A stretch of 64,000 nucleotides of DNA, from the NCBI RefSeq assembly GCF_009914755.1, contig NC_060947.1; one strand, 5' to 3'. Under the pieces are notes generated by a model. That model saw only the letters and a program-made list of their open reading frames with translations, did not search any database and had not been told where the DNA came from. Below, one piece after another: positions 1 through 15,830 of the stretch (positions are counted from its first letter, which is position 1; each line of letters opens with the position of its first letter). Source of the DNA: the human T2T-CHM13v2.0 reference genome, Homo sapiens. The position numbers and the translations under genes were made by a program.

Positions 1-413
1 CTCACACTTTCCCTCTAAGGAATTCCCATCACTATCCCAAGGATAATCTATTTTAAGTAGGCCATCTTGAGTGTGGTCTGCTATTTTTGTTTCTCAAGAC
101 ATTTCCCTCTGTATTTAATGAATTTCCATTGCAGGAAAGGATGATGAGAATCTGTTCCTGCTACCTGAAATAGTTTCAAAATTTGTCTCTTTGCCTTTTA
201 TGTTAGAACTACTGTATTTGCTGACGTGTATCTCCTTTTTTGCATGTTCTTTTTCTCTATTTGTTGTTTGTATGATTAAATATAAGATTTATTTTCCCTA
301 TATTTCATTCTTGACAGGACATTAATTCCTAGCAGCAATTAGATTCTAACTTTGGAAGACTGGGTCAGAGCAGTTTAAGGAATATAAACTACATTGACTC
401 TAGTAAACCAAGT

Positions 414-830
414 TGTATTAGTCAGGATAGGCCAGATTCTATTTTAGGAACAAAGAATACTGAAATCTCAGTGGTTCCAAACACAAAAGTTTTATTCTCT
501 GCCTATTCCAGCTGTACCCCCATCACAGGTCTTCTGAGGGCTCTGCTCTGCATTGCCATCACCCTTACTCTGACTCAGACTGGTGGAGAAGCAGCTATCA
601 GGAACATTAGCAGTCTTTGTGGTAAAGGACAAAGAGATCCCTGAAGGTTCTCACAATGACAATTATCTGGTTTAGAATCAGCATATATCACTTCTAGTTA
701 CAACTGATTGTCCAGAACTGGTCATGTAGAACCACCTAGAACCACCAGTAGTCCAGGAAGCACGATCCTACTATGTATTTGGAAGAGGGGAAAAACTAAA
801 CATTTTGACAGACAGCACCAATGACTGACA
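414..830 (-). mobile_element. Old MaLR LTR (MLT1K/L-like), approximate ends
   Basis: Starts TGTATTAGTCAGGATAGG...AAATCTCAGTGGTTCCAAACACAAAAGTTTTATT, the typical reverse-strand MLT1 terminus. Confidence 0.65.
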
Positions 831-1071
831 GACGAGCTTAAACTGCTCACACTGTTTTGAGGCCTCTGATCTATAAAGGAGGAGGTTGGAACCATTTGTC
901 AGTTTTGCTGTGGAGGCAAAGGCAAATGGTGACATTTGCCCCTGAGATCTGGCTTGTAGAGTCAAATTCCTTGTTAAAGTCAGTACTGGTTTCAGTTATG
1001 CCACTTGTTATTTTTGATGGCAGGACCTGGTGGTTTCCAGCTTCCTATATTCATTCACCTAAATGCTTTTA

Positions 1072-2605
<1,534 letters not shown>

Positions 2606-2669
2606 AAGAAAACAGAATGATTCTAGTTTATTCACATGACTGCTTTTGTTGATGCTTCAAATTTCCTAT

Positions 2670-2830
2670 CATTTATTCATTTTTATCCATCCATCCACCC
2701 ATCCATTCACCTATCCATCCATCCATTCATCCAACTCAGACTTTTATTGAACACTTCCTATATGCCAGGCACTATACTGGATGCTAGAGATAAAAAATAG
2801 AATTAAACATAGTCTCTTTTTCCAATAAAT
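2670..2830 (-). mobile_element. L2 3' end with a (TCCA)n microsatellite grown from its tail
   Basis: (TCCA/TTCA)n at about 2685-2733, then TTTATTGAACACTTCCTATATGCCAGGCACT, the reverse L2 terminus. Confidence 0.7.
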
Positions 2831-5800
2831 CCTAGTATTTATTTTCTAATCCATGCCACTTTTTTATAGATGTCATGTCTTCAATGCTATTTTAAATTAC
2901 AAAATAAACTATCGTGACCTAAAACATATCAAAGGAATGACTGTTTTATATTTTTTTTAAGAAAAACAACCTACATACCTCTTTCCCCAAAAGATTTTAT
3001 GCTCTATGGGGAGTTTTCTCCCTGTTCTCCATCTCTGAAGTATACTTTCGCCACCCTGGTTGAGAATCAGTGGTGATTATGTCATTTTCGCTTATATCCA
3101 TTGTTAGAATGGGGAGTGGGGAGCTTTTCAGGCTGTGTGTGTGAGCCCACAATGTTGATGCTTAAATTGGCCACAGTCCAGGATCACAATTGTAACTGAA
3201 ATTCCTTGTTTTAACTAAAGCTGAATTATTTCTGTCGCACCCTTTCGGATGCCCAAGAAGGTAAGTGTTTGAGTGCCTGCTCTTGTCAGGTACTATGCTA
3301 GGTGCTATACAGAATTTCAAAGAAATGGAAAATAGCCTCTAATTCTAAGTAGCATTAATGTTTCTGTCAGAATCAGTACAGGATCAAGTCATCTAAGAAA
3401 ATAACAGAATGAATGTACAACTTGGGTTAGGCCTTGAACGATGAGTGGGTTTTGAGTGGTTAGATGAGAAGAGATTCTTAACTGAATCATAACACAGTAC
3501 ATTATGATTCCTACTCTATTTCTGTTTATAGCTTCCTTTGTGTCCCTTCATAGTGCTGGGAACATAGTGGATAGTTCTAAACTTGCTTATTCTGAGAACA
3601 AAGAAGTTGACCTGCCCTAAAACTCTTGTTTGAAAGCTCAGATATTGACAGGCAGGTAGCTGTAAAATGTATTAACTACTACAGCAGAAGCAAATTCTCA
3701 AATATTAAAGCCTTTCCTAACCTTTCATGAGGGATTCTAAAAGATTGTACTAGTCTGGATATGGAAAGAGACTTGGGGGAAAAGAAGCTCAAATTGGTTA
3801 ATTAGCTGACATAGAGACAGAGATACATAATCTAGGACTGCGGAACCTTTCAGTACTCCCCACAAACAACCAGCTCTTTGGCCATCATGTTCTAATTTAG
3901 CTTAGTGCTCTAAGCTTTCATTACCTGGTTTGAATTTCTCACTACTGATCTCAGTTAGCAAATAAAAATCAGAACATTGTCTCTGCCAAGGCCAGTGTTA
4001 AAAATCAGAGATGTTTCCTGGGTATGCATCTTTTTTAAATTGCATATTTTTAAGTTTCATCTTAGATGTCACAAAATGCTTGTCTCATAAACCCCAAAGG
4101 GAACCAAAAATGGATAATAGAAATGGGGTCTTCATGTGAACACCTGGGAAATTCCACCTGTCACATTAGCTCTGCTGATGCCCTTTACAAATTTGGACCT
4201 TGGACTCTCTGGCTCCATGTTCATCTTCATTCTATATTGGCCCACAGCCCACCCAATTTTGCTTCTAGGTGGGCTTCCTTCTAAACTGCAGCCCTGCTGA
4301 TTTGCCTGAAGAATGGCCTCTTCACTTAATTTACAATTTCTCTCTGATTTTTACCAAAAGATAGAAAACCTATCATCAGTCTTTCTTGTCTTCACCTCTA
4401 GATTTCACTTTGTGTAATTGCTCCAAGTGAATTCTGGGGGATGGGTGGTGGGTGGTAATTGCCATGGAGCATTTAGCCCATTGCTGTGATGGAAAAAAAT
4501 AATGGTAATAATAACTATTATTATTATTATTTGCAGCAAAGAATGCTTTGTAAAGCTGATAGTTGCTCCAGATGATCTTACAGAAAGATAAAAAATTACA
4601 CATGAGCTTTCCTTAAAGCAAGATCTTCTCGTCGGCACAGACTTTCTTGCTATTCCTTTCTCTGCAAACTAGTCCTCCTACTATTACCATGGAGAATTTC
4701 AGTGGGTCTTCTTTGGGAAATGTAAAAAGGCAACAACCTGATAGTCTCCTGAAAGGGTAATGCTTTCTTGGGGACATGGCCACTTTTTCTTAATGCTTTG
4801 GGCATAGCCACTCTGTGCTCTATAAAATGAGACACAAATATAATTTAAAAATCATTTCCTGTATCTTAATATCAGACTTTACCAGGAAAGCAAAGTTATT
4901 TCTCCATTTTCTCCATCCCTTTTGCCTTTCACAGCCAGTATTTCCTCAGGCCAAATGAAGCCAGACCTTTGCTTTTTGCCCTTTTATGCTCCCCTCTCAG
5001 TTCTCCTGGAGAATCAGGATTAAAAGGATTACTTTACTTTTTAATTTTCTGCAATGTGCATTTCCATTCTCTGAATGCAAGGCTCCTCAGCTAGATCATG
5101 ACATTATTACTTGATGATTTTATTTCCCTGATCACCCTTTGGCATTTAATGATTTCTAGTTTTGCCTGTGTATAAAACATGAAACCCAGAAGACTGTGAA
5201 TCAAGGCCAGGCCCATCTTCTATTTATGAAGGTTTTTTTCCTAGGGTATTTTTCAGGTTTGAAAAGTTATAGTCAGAAAACTTGCAGTATTTTCACTGGA
5301 GTTACTAAACTTTCCAGGAAGAGCCCTATGAGATGGAGTTGAGAAGGGAAGGCAAGCTTGATATTGACTATACTGAGAAAGTTCTGGGAACACCAACTTG
5401 GAGAAACTTTTCATTTTTTAGACTCTCTGGTGCTCAATATCTAGGATAAACCCCTTTAGATAAATGTTGTGTTCAAGATTAATAGTTTAATGTATAATAA
5501 TTTTGTTCCAATTCGTTTTTTACTAATCCATGGTTTAAAATCCCAATTAAGGTTTGCATCCTCCAGAAAGCCTTTGTTGGTGACTGTATACCAAAGTTTT
5601 GTCTCTTCCGAACTATTAGCAGTTATCTGGCACTTAGTTACATATTACAGTTTGACAATTATTGTCTCCAGTTTCTATGTTACTCTCATATTGTGATTTA
5701 AATGTTTATAAATACATACATTGGTCTAGCTTACCCCTCTCCTTTAGGACAAAGTTAATATACCTTATCGTCTCCCCTGCAACACTTAGCATCATTCTTT

Positions 5801-6545
5801 GTAGAACTCCAGTAGATGCTTTTTGAATAAATGTATGTTTATAATTACCTTTTAAATTATAAGTAATCTGTAAATTATTCCAGCAGATAACCATATCTTT
5901 TTAAAAGACCATTCCAACCTTAGCTTGGAAATTCCCTTTTGTGATTAATTTGAATCCTTTATAATGCACTCTAGTGTAACTATTCTTAAAGATAAGTACT
6001 GTTTATTTTCTCTCCCCACTTCTTAAAAACTTCTTACACTTTTCTTCTACCTTATTTCACAATTGTGGTTGTTCTTCAAGGCTCTGTTTTCCTTTCTCTG
6101 TGCTCCTCCTGGTAAATTTATTGTTTTGGCAAGTTTATCTACTCTCCATCTTCAACTCCTTGTAGTTGCTTCTCAAATCTACTTTTCCATTCCTGTCCTA
6201 AGGACCTTAATACACTATTTTCAAATATTGGTCAGAATATCATCACTTGAGTATATTTAAATCTCCTCAAACTCAATGTTTTACAAAAAATAATAATCTC
6301 TTATACCACCCAGACCACCCACTCTTTGCATTCTTTTCTTCATTTTTGCTGTTTGTGTGTACTGCTGTTATCCATGGCTCCTATGCCCTGGAATCTTCTT
6401 TCTGACTTCTTTCTTCTTTACCCTTCATGTTCTATCTGTCCCCAAATTGTGTTGAATCTTTCCTTTGAATATTTTTGAGAGTCAATTTCTCCTTTCTGTG
6501 ACCTCGGCAAATGGGCTAGTCTAGGAGATTATCTAGGCCTAAATT

Positions 6546-6600
6546 GTATGTATGTATGTATGTATGTATGTATGTATGTATGTATGTACGTATGTATGTA
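6546..6600. repeat. (TATG)n tetranucleotide microsatellite (Alu tail-derived)
   Basis: About 13 GTAT units with one GTAC interruption, lying between the TSD and the Alu body. Confidence 0.95.
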
Positions 6601-6883
6601 CTGAGACAGAGTCTTGCTCTGTCGCCCAGGCTGGGGTGCAGTGGCACAATCTCGGCTCACTGCAACCTCTGCCTCCAGGTTCGAGAGATTCTCATGCCTC
6701 AGCCTACTGAGTAGCTGGAATTACAGGTGTGTGCCACCACACCTGGATAATTTTTGTATTTTTAGTAGAGACAGTGTTTTGCGGTATTGGCCAGGCTGGT
6801 CTCGAGTTTCTGACTTCAAGTAATCTGCTTACCTTGGCCTCCCAAAGTACTGGAATTACAGGCATGAGCCACCATGCTTGACC
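6546..6883 (-). mobile_element. AluS-type SINE
   Basis: Full dimeric Alu on the reverse strand. TSD AGGCCTAAATT at 6535-6545 and 6885-6895. Confidence 0.95.
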
Positions 6884-6984
6884 AAGGCCTAAATTTTAGA
6901 TTACTATTACCATAGCTTTCTAATTGCTTCCCTTGATATTATTGTTGGTAATGATGATAATAATATGATTATTAGCATAAAAGC

Positions 6985-7195
6985 TGCTATTTATGAACTC
7001 TTGTGTGCTAGGCATTGTACTAATGTACTTTTTGAAGATTAGTTTGATTCTCATAATGACTCAGTGAGGTATATATTAATATTACCATTTTAGAGATTAA
7101 AAACCAGTAACATACAGAATATACATAACTTGTCCATGGCTTCATAGCTAATAAATGGAAAAAGCTGGGATTTTAACTTTGAAGCCCATGTGCAA
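6985..7195 (-). mobile_element. MIR
   Basis: TATTTATGAACTCTTGTGTGCTAGGCATTG...CCATTTTAGAGAT...TAACTTGTCCATGGCTTCATAGCTA, the MIR core. Confidence 0.65.
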
Positions 7196-8483
7196 TAACA
7201 ATACCCTGCATTTTCCTGTTAGACTAATGCATTCTTTTCATTGTGTCACTCACCTGTTCCAGAGCATGTGAAGACTCCCATTGCCTGCATCAAGGATGAA
7301 TTCCTTCATCTGATACCAAGACCTGCCATGATATTGTGCCACCATCTCTCCCCAACCTTATTTCTCATGACTCTCAATACCTACTCATTGTTCCATTCAA
7401 GCTGACTTGATCATTGTTTCCCCCTCTATTCCCAATGTTTACTCCTGCTTAATGATTTTGTCTAAATCTGAGATACCTTTTCCTCACCTCTTCAAATTCT
7501 GCGTATACTTTAAGGTCCAGTTCAGATCCCACTTCTCCATGAAGTCTTCACAAAATAGTCCAAAATGCAATGAGCTCTTGTTTATTATCTTAACTTCTCT
7601 GCCACATTAGTTTGTGTACTATACCACTTACCACTCTATGATGTACTCTTGTAACACTCTCTAGTATGAGATGATCCAAGGAAACATTTTAATTTTAGTA
7701 AAAGTTACCTTTGATAATGTTTCTTTCATCTTGTCTCCTTACCGTAATTCTCCTGCCTCCTAGGCATCAAGTAAATCTTCATGCTGTCTCCAGATTGCTA
7801 AGCCCTCACCCCTACCCAACTGCTGGTATACCCTGCCCAGACTCTTCTCAGGTTTTTCCAAGTAGAAGTGAATTGTTATTCACCCACTTCGTAATGCCCT
7901 TTATCCAGACTCAGCTAGGGAACCTATGTAAAAGTATATGTGATTGCTTGTACACCTTTCTGAGAGGCTAGATTTGAGCAGCAATTGTTTGTAAAGCCAT
8001 ATGTGCTTTGGTCTTTGAAATTTCAGAAAGTTGAGAGTGTGGAGTATAGCAGAGGGAAGTAAAGGATATGAAAGAGTGGGAAGGAAAATATATTGGGGCA
8101 GGTAAACCTTCCTGGCATCCATTAAAACATATCATGTAAGTCAGTCACTTCCAGTTCTGCCAAAGTATGAAGTTGGATCTCGCTGTAGTGTTTTCAGTTT
8201 TTTTCTCTGTAGCAGCAGTTCCCTGCCTCTAACCTGCAGCTACAAAGTATTGCCCTTGGTGCTTTCTGAAAAAAAGAAAAACAAAGTTTGGAAACTAAAT
8301 AATTTCTCAAAAAAAATATATATATACCATTTTCAGATTCAGGTGCAGGTTTTATTTAAATACAAATATATTTAAGAGCATGACTGAATTCATAGCAACT
8401 TTTGGTCGTTGCCAATTTTCATACTCAGTGAACACCACCAGTATAATGCTATCATGGGCAGATCCACAGAATGTTGTCCTTTA

Positions 8484-8800
<317 letters not shown>

Positions 8801-9649
8801 AAAGGATCTACAGTTTGAACTGTATCAGAAAATCCTTGAGGGCAAAGATTATGTCTTTCACTTTGTTCACATTCCCCAGCACATTCAACAACAGTAGTTT
8901 GATGGGTCTTTGGAGCTCTTGAATGAATGATAGAAAGAAGAAGTTGGATAAGGATTTTTTTTTTCTGTTATCAGTCCTTTCATTTTTCAAATAAGAGGAT
9001 CAGATTAGGTGGTGTCCAAGTTCCTTTGTAGCTCTGGCATCCTAGGTTGATATGTACTTGACTATAATTGCAATGCTTAACTGTTTACTTTGTACTAGGG
9101 AAAGTTTGGGAGAAGGTAGTTCTTAGTACAGTTCTTAGCATCCGTGTGAACTTGGTTTATCCATTCTCAAAAGTGCTATGAATCATAGAAAATTGCTGGA
9201 AGGTTTCAGACACTTTCTGAATTTTCACTATACAACATCATTGTTTGGAGTGACAAGTTTTGCCACCTCAACAATGTGGTAAGCCATGGATTCACTTGGC
9301 AATTAGTGAGTTTTTGATTATCCATCTCTGTGGAAAATGGCCCAAACCCCTCTCTTGAACACAGATTCTTAAGAGTTGGAGGTAATACTGTGTCTATGCT
9401 CATGGAAACCAGTTAGAGGAAGGGTAGACAAATATGACTTCTGACAAGTTTGGTTTGGTTTTGCCTAGCCACATTTACACCACTTACAAGCCTAGCAAAA
9501 TTGATCAGGTTTCAAGTAAGCTACCGCTCTCTGCCTAATTTTGGTACAGAAAAAGAACAACTTGCTCATCTGACCACAGACAGCAGCTCTGGCCAAGTAG
9601 CTTCTTTCTTTCTCTCTCTCTCTCTTCTTTCATAATAACCAGTTACTTC

Positions 9650-9830
9650 CGGTTTACAATCCAGATTCTGTCTCTCATTATCGATATGATCTTGGGCAAG
9701 TGCTTTTACTGTTTTGAGCCTCAGTTTTCTCTTCTGTAAAACTAGTCATATTGTTTAGTGGTTTAGGAATAGTGGCATATTAAAATGCCTACAGAAGTAT
9801 CAGGTTTATAACATGCATTTAGTAAATGGA
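9650..9830 (+). mobile_element. MIR fragment
   Basis: TGATCTTGGGCAAGTGCTTTTACTGTTTTGAGCCTCAGTTTTCTCTTCTGTAAAA core. Confidence 0.65.
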
Positions 9831-10581
9831 GATGCCACTGTTATTCCCTCCTTTTTTTCTTTTCTCCTTTCCTTTTTTCTCTTCTTGTTCCCTGTCTCTG
9901 TCGTGAGAAGAGAAATTATCTTTACCAATTTTCATGGAAAAGACTTAAGTGGCTAATGGAAGTATCAGCCTCTCAGCCTGCAACTCTTTCCCCATGTAAT
10001 TTGTGATTTCAGGTTTGAAACTAGGGCACTAATTGTGGGTGCTTGGTGGCAAGTAACAGTTGGGGAAGAAATTAGTACAATGCCCATTGCTGCTTTTCAG
10101 TTGTTTTAGTGCAGGGCATCTGAACTAAGAGTTGTGTCTCATGTAGGTTGTTCCTGCAAAGTTATCTCTGAATCTTCTAGATTTACAAATCATTTGGTAC
10201 CCAGCTGTTATGCTGAGTGATTCATGGTTATGGGTGCCTTGTTTCAAATGCTTGTCAGCAGTTTCTTCCCTGTGGTTGCCTTGTGATTCAGTTGTTTTCA
10301 GTATGTGTGCATCTCTTCACATTCATTTGGACTCTGCCTCCCCCAACTTCTGTCATGGAACAAATGAGTCAGTGTCTAATCGTGCTGGCTTGCCATCCAG
10401 TTACTTCAAGTTTCCTATGGTAGGTGGGCACCAGAGAAGATGGTGCTGCTGGCTCACAGAGGGGGCTGACTGTCCTGCTGCCAAACTGCTCTGAGAAGGG
10501 GGAAAAGAATGGCCACATTTCTCAGAATGAATATCAGGAAGCATTCAGTATACAGGAGGCCAAGAGAATGCACATTCTTGT

Positions 10582-10597
10582 TCAGTAGGTGGCAGTG
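10582..10597 (+). promoter_or_regulatory. Candidate CTCF motif
   Basis: TCAGTAGGTGGCAGTG matches the CTCF core (CCAGYAGRKGGCRSY) in repeat-free sequence. Motif match only. Confidence 0.4.
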
Positions 10598-11442
10598 TGG
10601 TCTGGCTTGAAGCAGCACAGCACATTCAGGCGTGTATTTTGCAGTGCTTTATCCCGATGTCTTTGACAGCTCCAATTTGAGATTTTATTCTGAGTATTTT
10701 AGCACCTTTTGTCAAGTGCTCTTAAAAAAAAAAAACTTCATTTTGTTAGAAACTTCTCTCTTGGTAGTGGGCGGCATGTTTGTGGCAAGTACTGTGATTT
10801 GAAGCTTTTGGGAGCTAGGTGGCTAATTACTGTTAGTTGGACATCTTGCCAGGTAGGCTGTACTTCTGTTTCCTAGCTGTGGTAAGAGGAGTTCTTTTCT
10901 AATGAATATGGTGGTTATTTCACTGACTTTATCAGTGGGGAATACTTCTTCAGCCTGTAGATCTTAATAGTTTCTCTGCTGAGGAGGGAGGCTCCTGCGA
11001 ACCAGTGTGTCAACTCTGTTGGAGTTCATTCAACCTTCAGGGAATAGTACATTTGATATGGCTGAGCTTGGACTATAATAGCGCAGTGTCCTCTGAAAAG
11101 CTGAATATAGGGCAAATCCCAAACTCTATCTCTGTACCTTGCCTCCCACTGCAAAGCCCTTTTCCAGAATGGCTTATTTCTCAACACATGTAGAAATCCT
11201 TGAAAAGCTTTGCATTTCAGTAAGAAGCCTACTCTCCAGCATGAGGCCTGGGCAGGAGGAAGAAATTATGCCTAACTAGGCCACAGGCAGTGTAATCCGT
11301 GAAGATTTGCTTCCAAGCAACTGACTAGGGCAAGCGGACTACCTTAAGCAGCATTGATCTATTGGTTTTTCAAATGTGTTAGTTAGCAACTTATTGGCCA
11401 GCAATTCTGAGGACTAATTAAGTAGGTTTCAATATAGAGTTG

Positions 11443-11538
11443 AATGTGATTACACATTGTATACCTGTGTCAAAATGTCTCATATACCTCATAAATATAT
11501 ACACACACTATATACCCATAAAAATTAAGAAGAAAAAG
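11443..11538 (+). mobile_element. Very short 5'-truncated L1MA-type 3' end
   Basis: GATTACACATTGTATACCTGTGTCAAAATGTCTCAT...CCCATAAAAATTAA. TSD TATAGAGTTG at 11433-11442 and 11539-11548. Confidence 0.8.
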
Positions 11539-11670
11539 TATAGAGTTGGAGTAGAAAAATCAAATCCAAATCATGTTTATAAACTCAAGCAAACTACCAC
11601 TTTATATACATGTGCCTGAGTTTAGATATTTATAATGAAATTTGTGGTTTAAACTCAAAAAGTAAGAATG

Positions 11671-11803
11671 GGCTGGGCACCGTGGCGCATGCCTGTAATC
11701 CCAACTATTGGGAAGGCTGAGGTGGGAGGATCACTTGAGGCCAAGAGCTTGAGATCAGCCTGGGCAAAATAGCAAGACCCCATCTCTAAAGAAAAAATAA
11801 AAA
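11671..11803 (+). mobile_element. Free left Alu monomer (FLAM_C-like)
   Basis: A single ~130-bp Alu arm with A tail. Degenerate TSD AAAAAGTAAGAATG / AAAAGGTAAGGATG. Confidence 0.85.
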
Positions 11804-12164
11804 AGGTAAGGATGATGGCTTGAACCTAAAAAGTCAACTTGATAACCTTTAGTGAGTCAGCAAGTCTTTTTGTTCTGCTTTTTATCTGTACAAGGGTAAC
11901 AAAAACACAAAATTGTCTTATCTGTTCATTGTCAATAAAAAAATTACTACTATAATCAAGAAGTTTACAATTTCTTGGGATAACCCCATTCTCCTGCTGG
12001 ACCATAATAATTCTTAGTGTATCTTTCTTATTTTTAGTTAAGATTTGACACCTTATAACTTCTGCTCCTAGAATCACACAGAATATTAGAATAATATCTC
12101 TTCCACATGATTAGCATTTGTACATCTCAAGACAGCACTGAAGTAATGCATTCATCTTTTTTTT

Positions 12165-12300
12165 GCTATTAATTCATTCATCCAGTTATTCAACAAATAT
12201 TTATTGAGAACCTACTATATGTTAGGCATTAGGGTAGAAATTAAGGGTATATGGGTGATTAAAAGACACATAATCCATGAGTTCATGGATCTTGTGTCTA
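12165..12300 (-). mobile_element. L2 3' end
   Basis: ATTCAACAAATATTTATTGAGAACCTACTATATGTTAGGCA. Confidence 0.75.
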
Positions 12301-12309
12301 ACTGAGTCT

Positions 12310-13300
12310 TTTTTTTTTTTTTCCAGGCTAAATATCTCTAGTTTCTTGAACTTTTCCACACATTGCATGGTTTGGAGTCCCCTCACAGCCTTGGTCACCT
12401 TTTCTGGACATGTTATCAATTTCTCTCTAGGAGTGTGAGTCCCAAATCACCCAAAGGAGCGATCTAACAAATGGTTAAGAGCTTTCTGGGTTCAAATAGC
12501 AGCTCTGTCTTTTACTATGTTATATTGAGCAAGGTATTTAACTTTTTTGGGCCTCCATTTTCTCATTCTTAAAATGAAAATAATAATGATATTCTCTGGG
12601 CTGTTGTGAGGATTAAACAATATAATGCACATAAAAAGCACTTCATTCAGGACTTGGCACCTAATGCTTAAAAAGGAACAAGACATCATTTTATTCATAT
12701 TTGCTAAACAGCTTAAGATGGCATTATCATTTTTGGCAAATACATTCTGCTGTTATTGCCTCCAGAGGTTGCAATCACTTTAAACCTCCAAGTCATTTTC
12801 TATCTTTCAGGGAAATTACTTCTATCTTCCAGAGCTGTGCTCAGATGTCAAGCCTCTATCAACCTCTTTAAGACACGTTTTGACCAACTCTGTCTGTTTG
12901 ACTGGCTTGTGTGTCATCTTCCTGAGAGATGGATGTAATTTCAGTGCCAGGATTGATGTCCTTGACTTGACTTTTTTTTATCTCTGGGTTTGCTAAGAAT
13001 ATGGAAATGTGCTTGTGGCCTCCCTCAGCTTTAGGATCTTTTCTGTAGAAGTACGGATTATAAATATAACACCTCAAGCAATAGGGGGAAAATGTTGCCC
13101 ATTCTCTTTGTGCCTTGTTTTATTTATATTTAGGAAGCTTTTGATTAATATGCCTTTACAAGATGATTGTTGAATAAAATTAATCCCATTTCATAATATG
13201 ATCATTTAATGATGGCCTGGCTGTTTTTGCCTGCTCCATCATTTTGTTTTAGGACTTTGTCTGGATTTCTATTACTGATTTCATTTTTTGGATGTAAACA
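12310..13300 (-). mobile_element. L3/CR1 fossil fragments, interrupted by a MIR (+) at about 12470-12670
   Basis: TTTTCCAGGCTAAATATCTCTAGTTTCTTGAAC...CCTTGGTCACCTTTTCTGGACA is CR1/L3-like. MIR core CCTCCATTTTCTCATTCTTAAAATG. Right end uncertain. Confidence 0.5.
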
Positions 13301-13882
13301 CAAATACATATAATTTACCCCTTCCCTCACTGCTCTCCAGGGATCTTTGACAATAATTCAGAGGGTGGGGAATCATGAGTGGGAATGAGGGTAGGGAGAG
13401 TAGAGATCAGAGCTGTGACTTGTATGCATTATGGAGATTAATATAACCCTGAGGACAGGGCTTTTTGTCAGTGTTTCTGGGCCAGAGTTAAATCAGGAAC
13501 ATAGGAAAATAGACCCGAGGGTGTACTAAGGATCTGAATTCTTTTCTCTTCCATTCTACTTGGTCCCTGAGAAAATCCCCAGCTACCCATGTGGCTCATA
13601 TGCCGTTTAGCTCACTTTGATGTCTAAAATCACCATCATTAGAGTCATTCTTCTCTGGATAACATATTATCGGTATCCATGATCACTTACTGATTACTGT
13701 TGTTCATCAGCAGAGTTGGGGTTTCTGGTGTTAGGAAGGTCAGGAAAGACGAAAAATGTCCATGCCAAGTGGAGAAATGAGAAAGCAGTCAGAAGGCACT
13801 GGTGTGAGATAAAGCAGTACAGAAAAAGCAGCAAGTGGAAGACAGAAAAGAGATCCATAAACAAAACTGATTTAATTGCTTA

Positions 13883-14478
13883 GGGCCTGTCCGCTCTTAG
13901 ACCTGGGCAAGAAGTGCTATTACCCTGGGCTTTATGCTTTTCTAAAAGGCCTCACTCTGGCCCTCCTTTAGCCACACTCTTCTCTATAGGGAGGGGACTT
14001 TGTGCTGCCAGTGTGTGCATCCCTAGGCCTGAGGAATACCATGCACAGGGGAGTATAGTCTAGGGTTGCCAGATGAACTATATGACACCCTGGAATTTTA
14101 TTTATAGAATATGGCAACCTTAGTATAGTCAGAACTTGGATGTGTAGGCTGGAATGTCCACATGCATATGTGTGGGGCTACTCACTGTGTGGGATGGAGC
14201 CTAGGATGGAAAGAGAAGGGAGCAAGTCAGAGATCTGGAGTTACCTGTCTCTACACTGATATATTTTGGTTCAGAACTCTGGGGAATCTGAGAATTAAAA
14301 ATTTGAACCTGGCATGCGAAGTTGTTTTGAAGTATATTTTTCAAGGTAGGAAGATAGAACATATTTTATTTAACTATTCCTAAATTTTGATACATATTTT
14401 TAAAATATGTAGACATCTGGTATGTGGGCCTCCGTTTATACCCTTGTCCCAGGCTCTGCAAATGCTAGTCGAGAGCCT
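13883..14478 (-). mobile_element. hAT-Tip100-type non-autonomous DNA transposon (MER96B-like)
   Basis: Right end TGTGGGCCTCCGTTTATACCCTTGTCCCAGGCTCTGCAAATGCTAG resembles the reverse MER96 terminus. Left end CCTGGGCAAGAAGT is its inverted partner. Confidence 0.55.
14061..14122. mobile_element. 62-bp hAT MITE with MER53-type TIRs
   Basis: TAGGGTTGCCA...TGGCAACCTTA terminal inverted repeats. Perfect 8-bp TSD GTATAGTC at 14053-14060 and 14123-14130. Confidence 0.8.
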
Positions 14479-14489
14479 TTAATAATGGC

Positions 14490-14700
14490 AACACATTGCC
14501 AGATGAGGGTACTGTGCCATGTATTTTAGAACCATAACTTTATTTAATCCTCATTATAACTCTGTGAGTTTGGCACTGTTAGTCTCTCCATTTAACAGAT
14601 AAGGAAACTGAGGTTCAACAAATTGCAATGACTTTTCCAAGGTCAAAGAGTAAATGACAGAACTGAGATTGAAACTCAATCCTTGGACTGTGCGCATATA
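14490..14700 (-). mobile_element. MIR
   Basis: CCATTTAACAGATAAGGAAACTGAGGTTC...TCCAAGGTCA core. Confidence 0.7.
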
Positions 14701-14847
14701 ATAAGCTTTAAATCAACATCACTTGAGTCAGAATCCTGCCTCTGCTACTTGCTAACCCTTTGAATCTTGTGCGAGTTATTAATCTCTCAGTGCCTCAGTT
14801 TCTTGAACTGCAAAATGTAGATGTGTGTATGATAATAACAGTACCTA

Positions 14848-15830
<983 letters not shown>

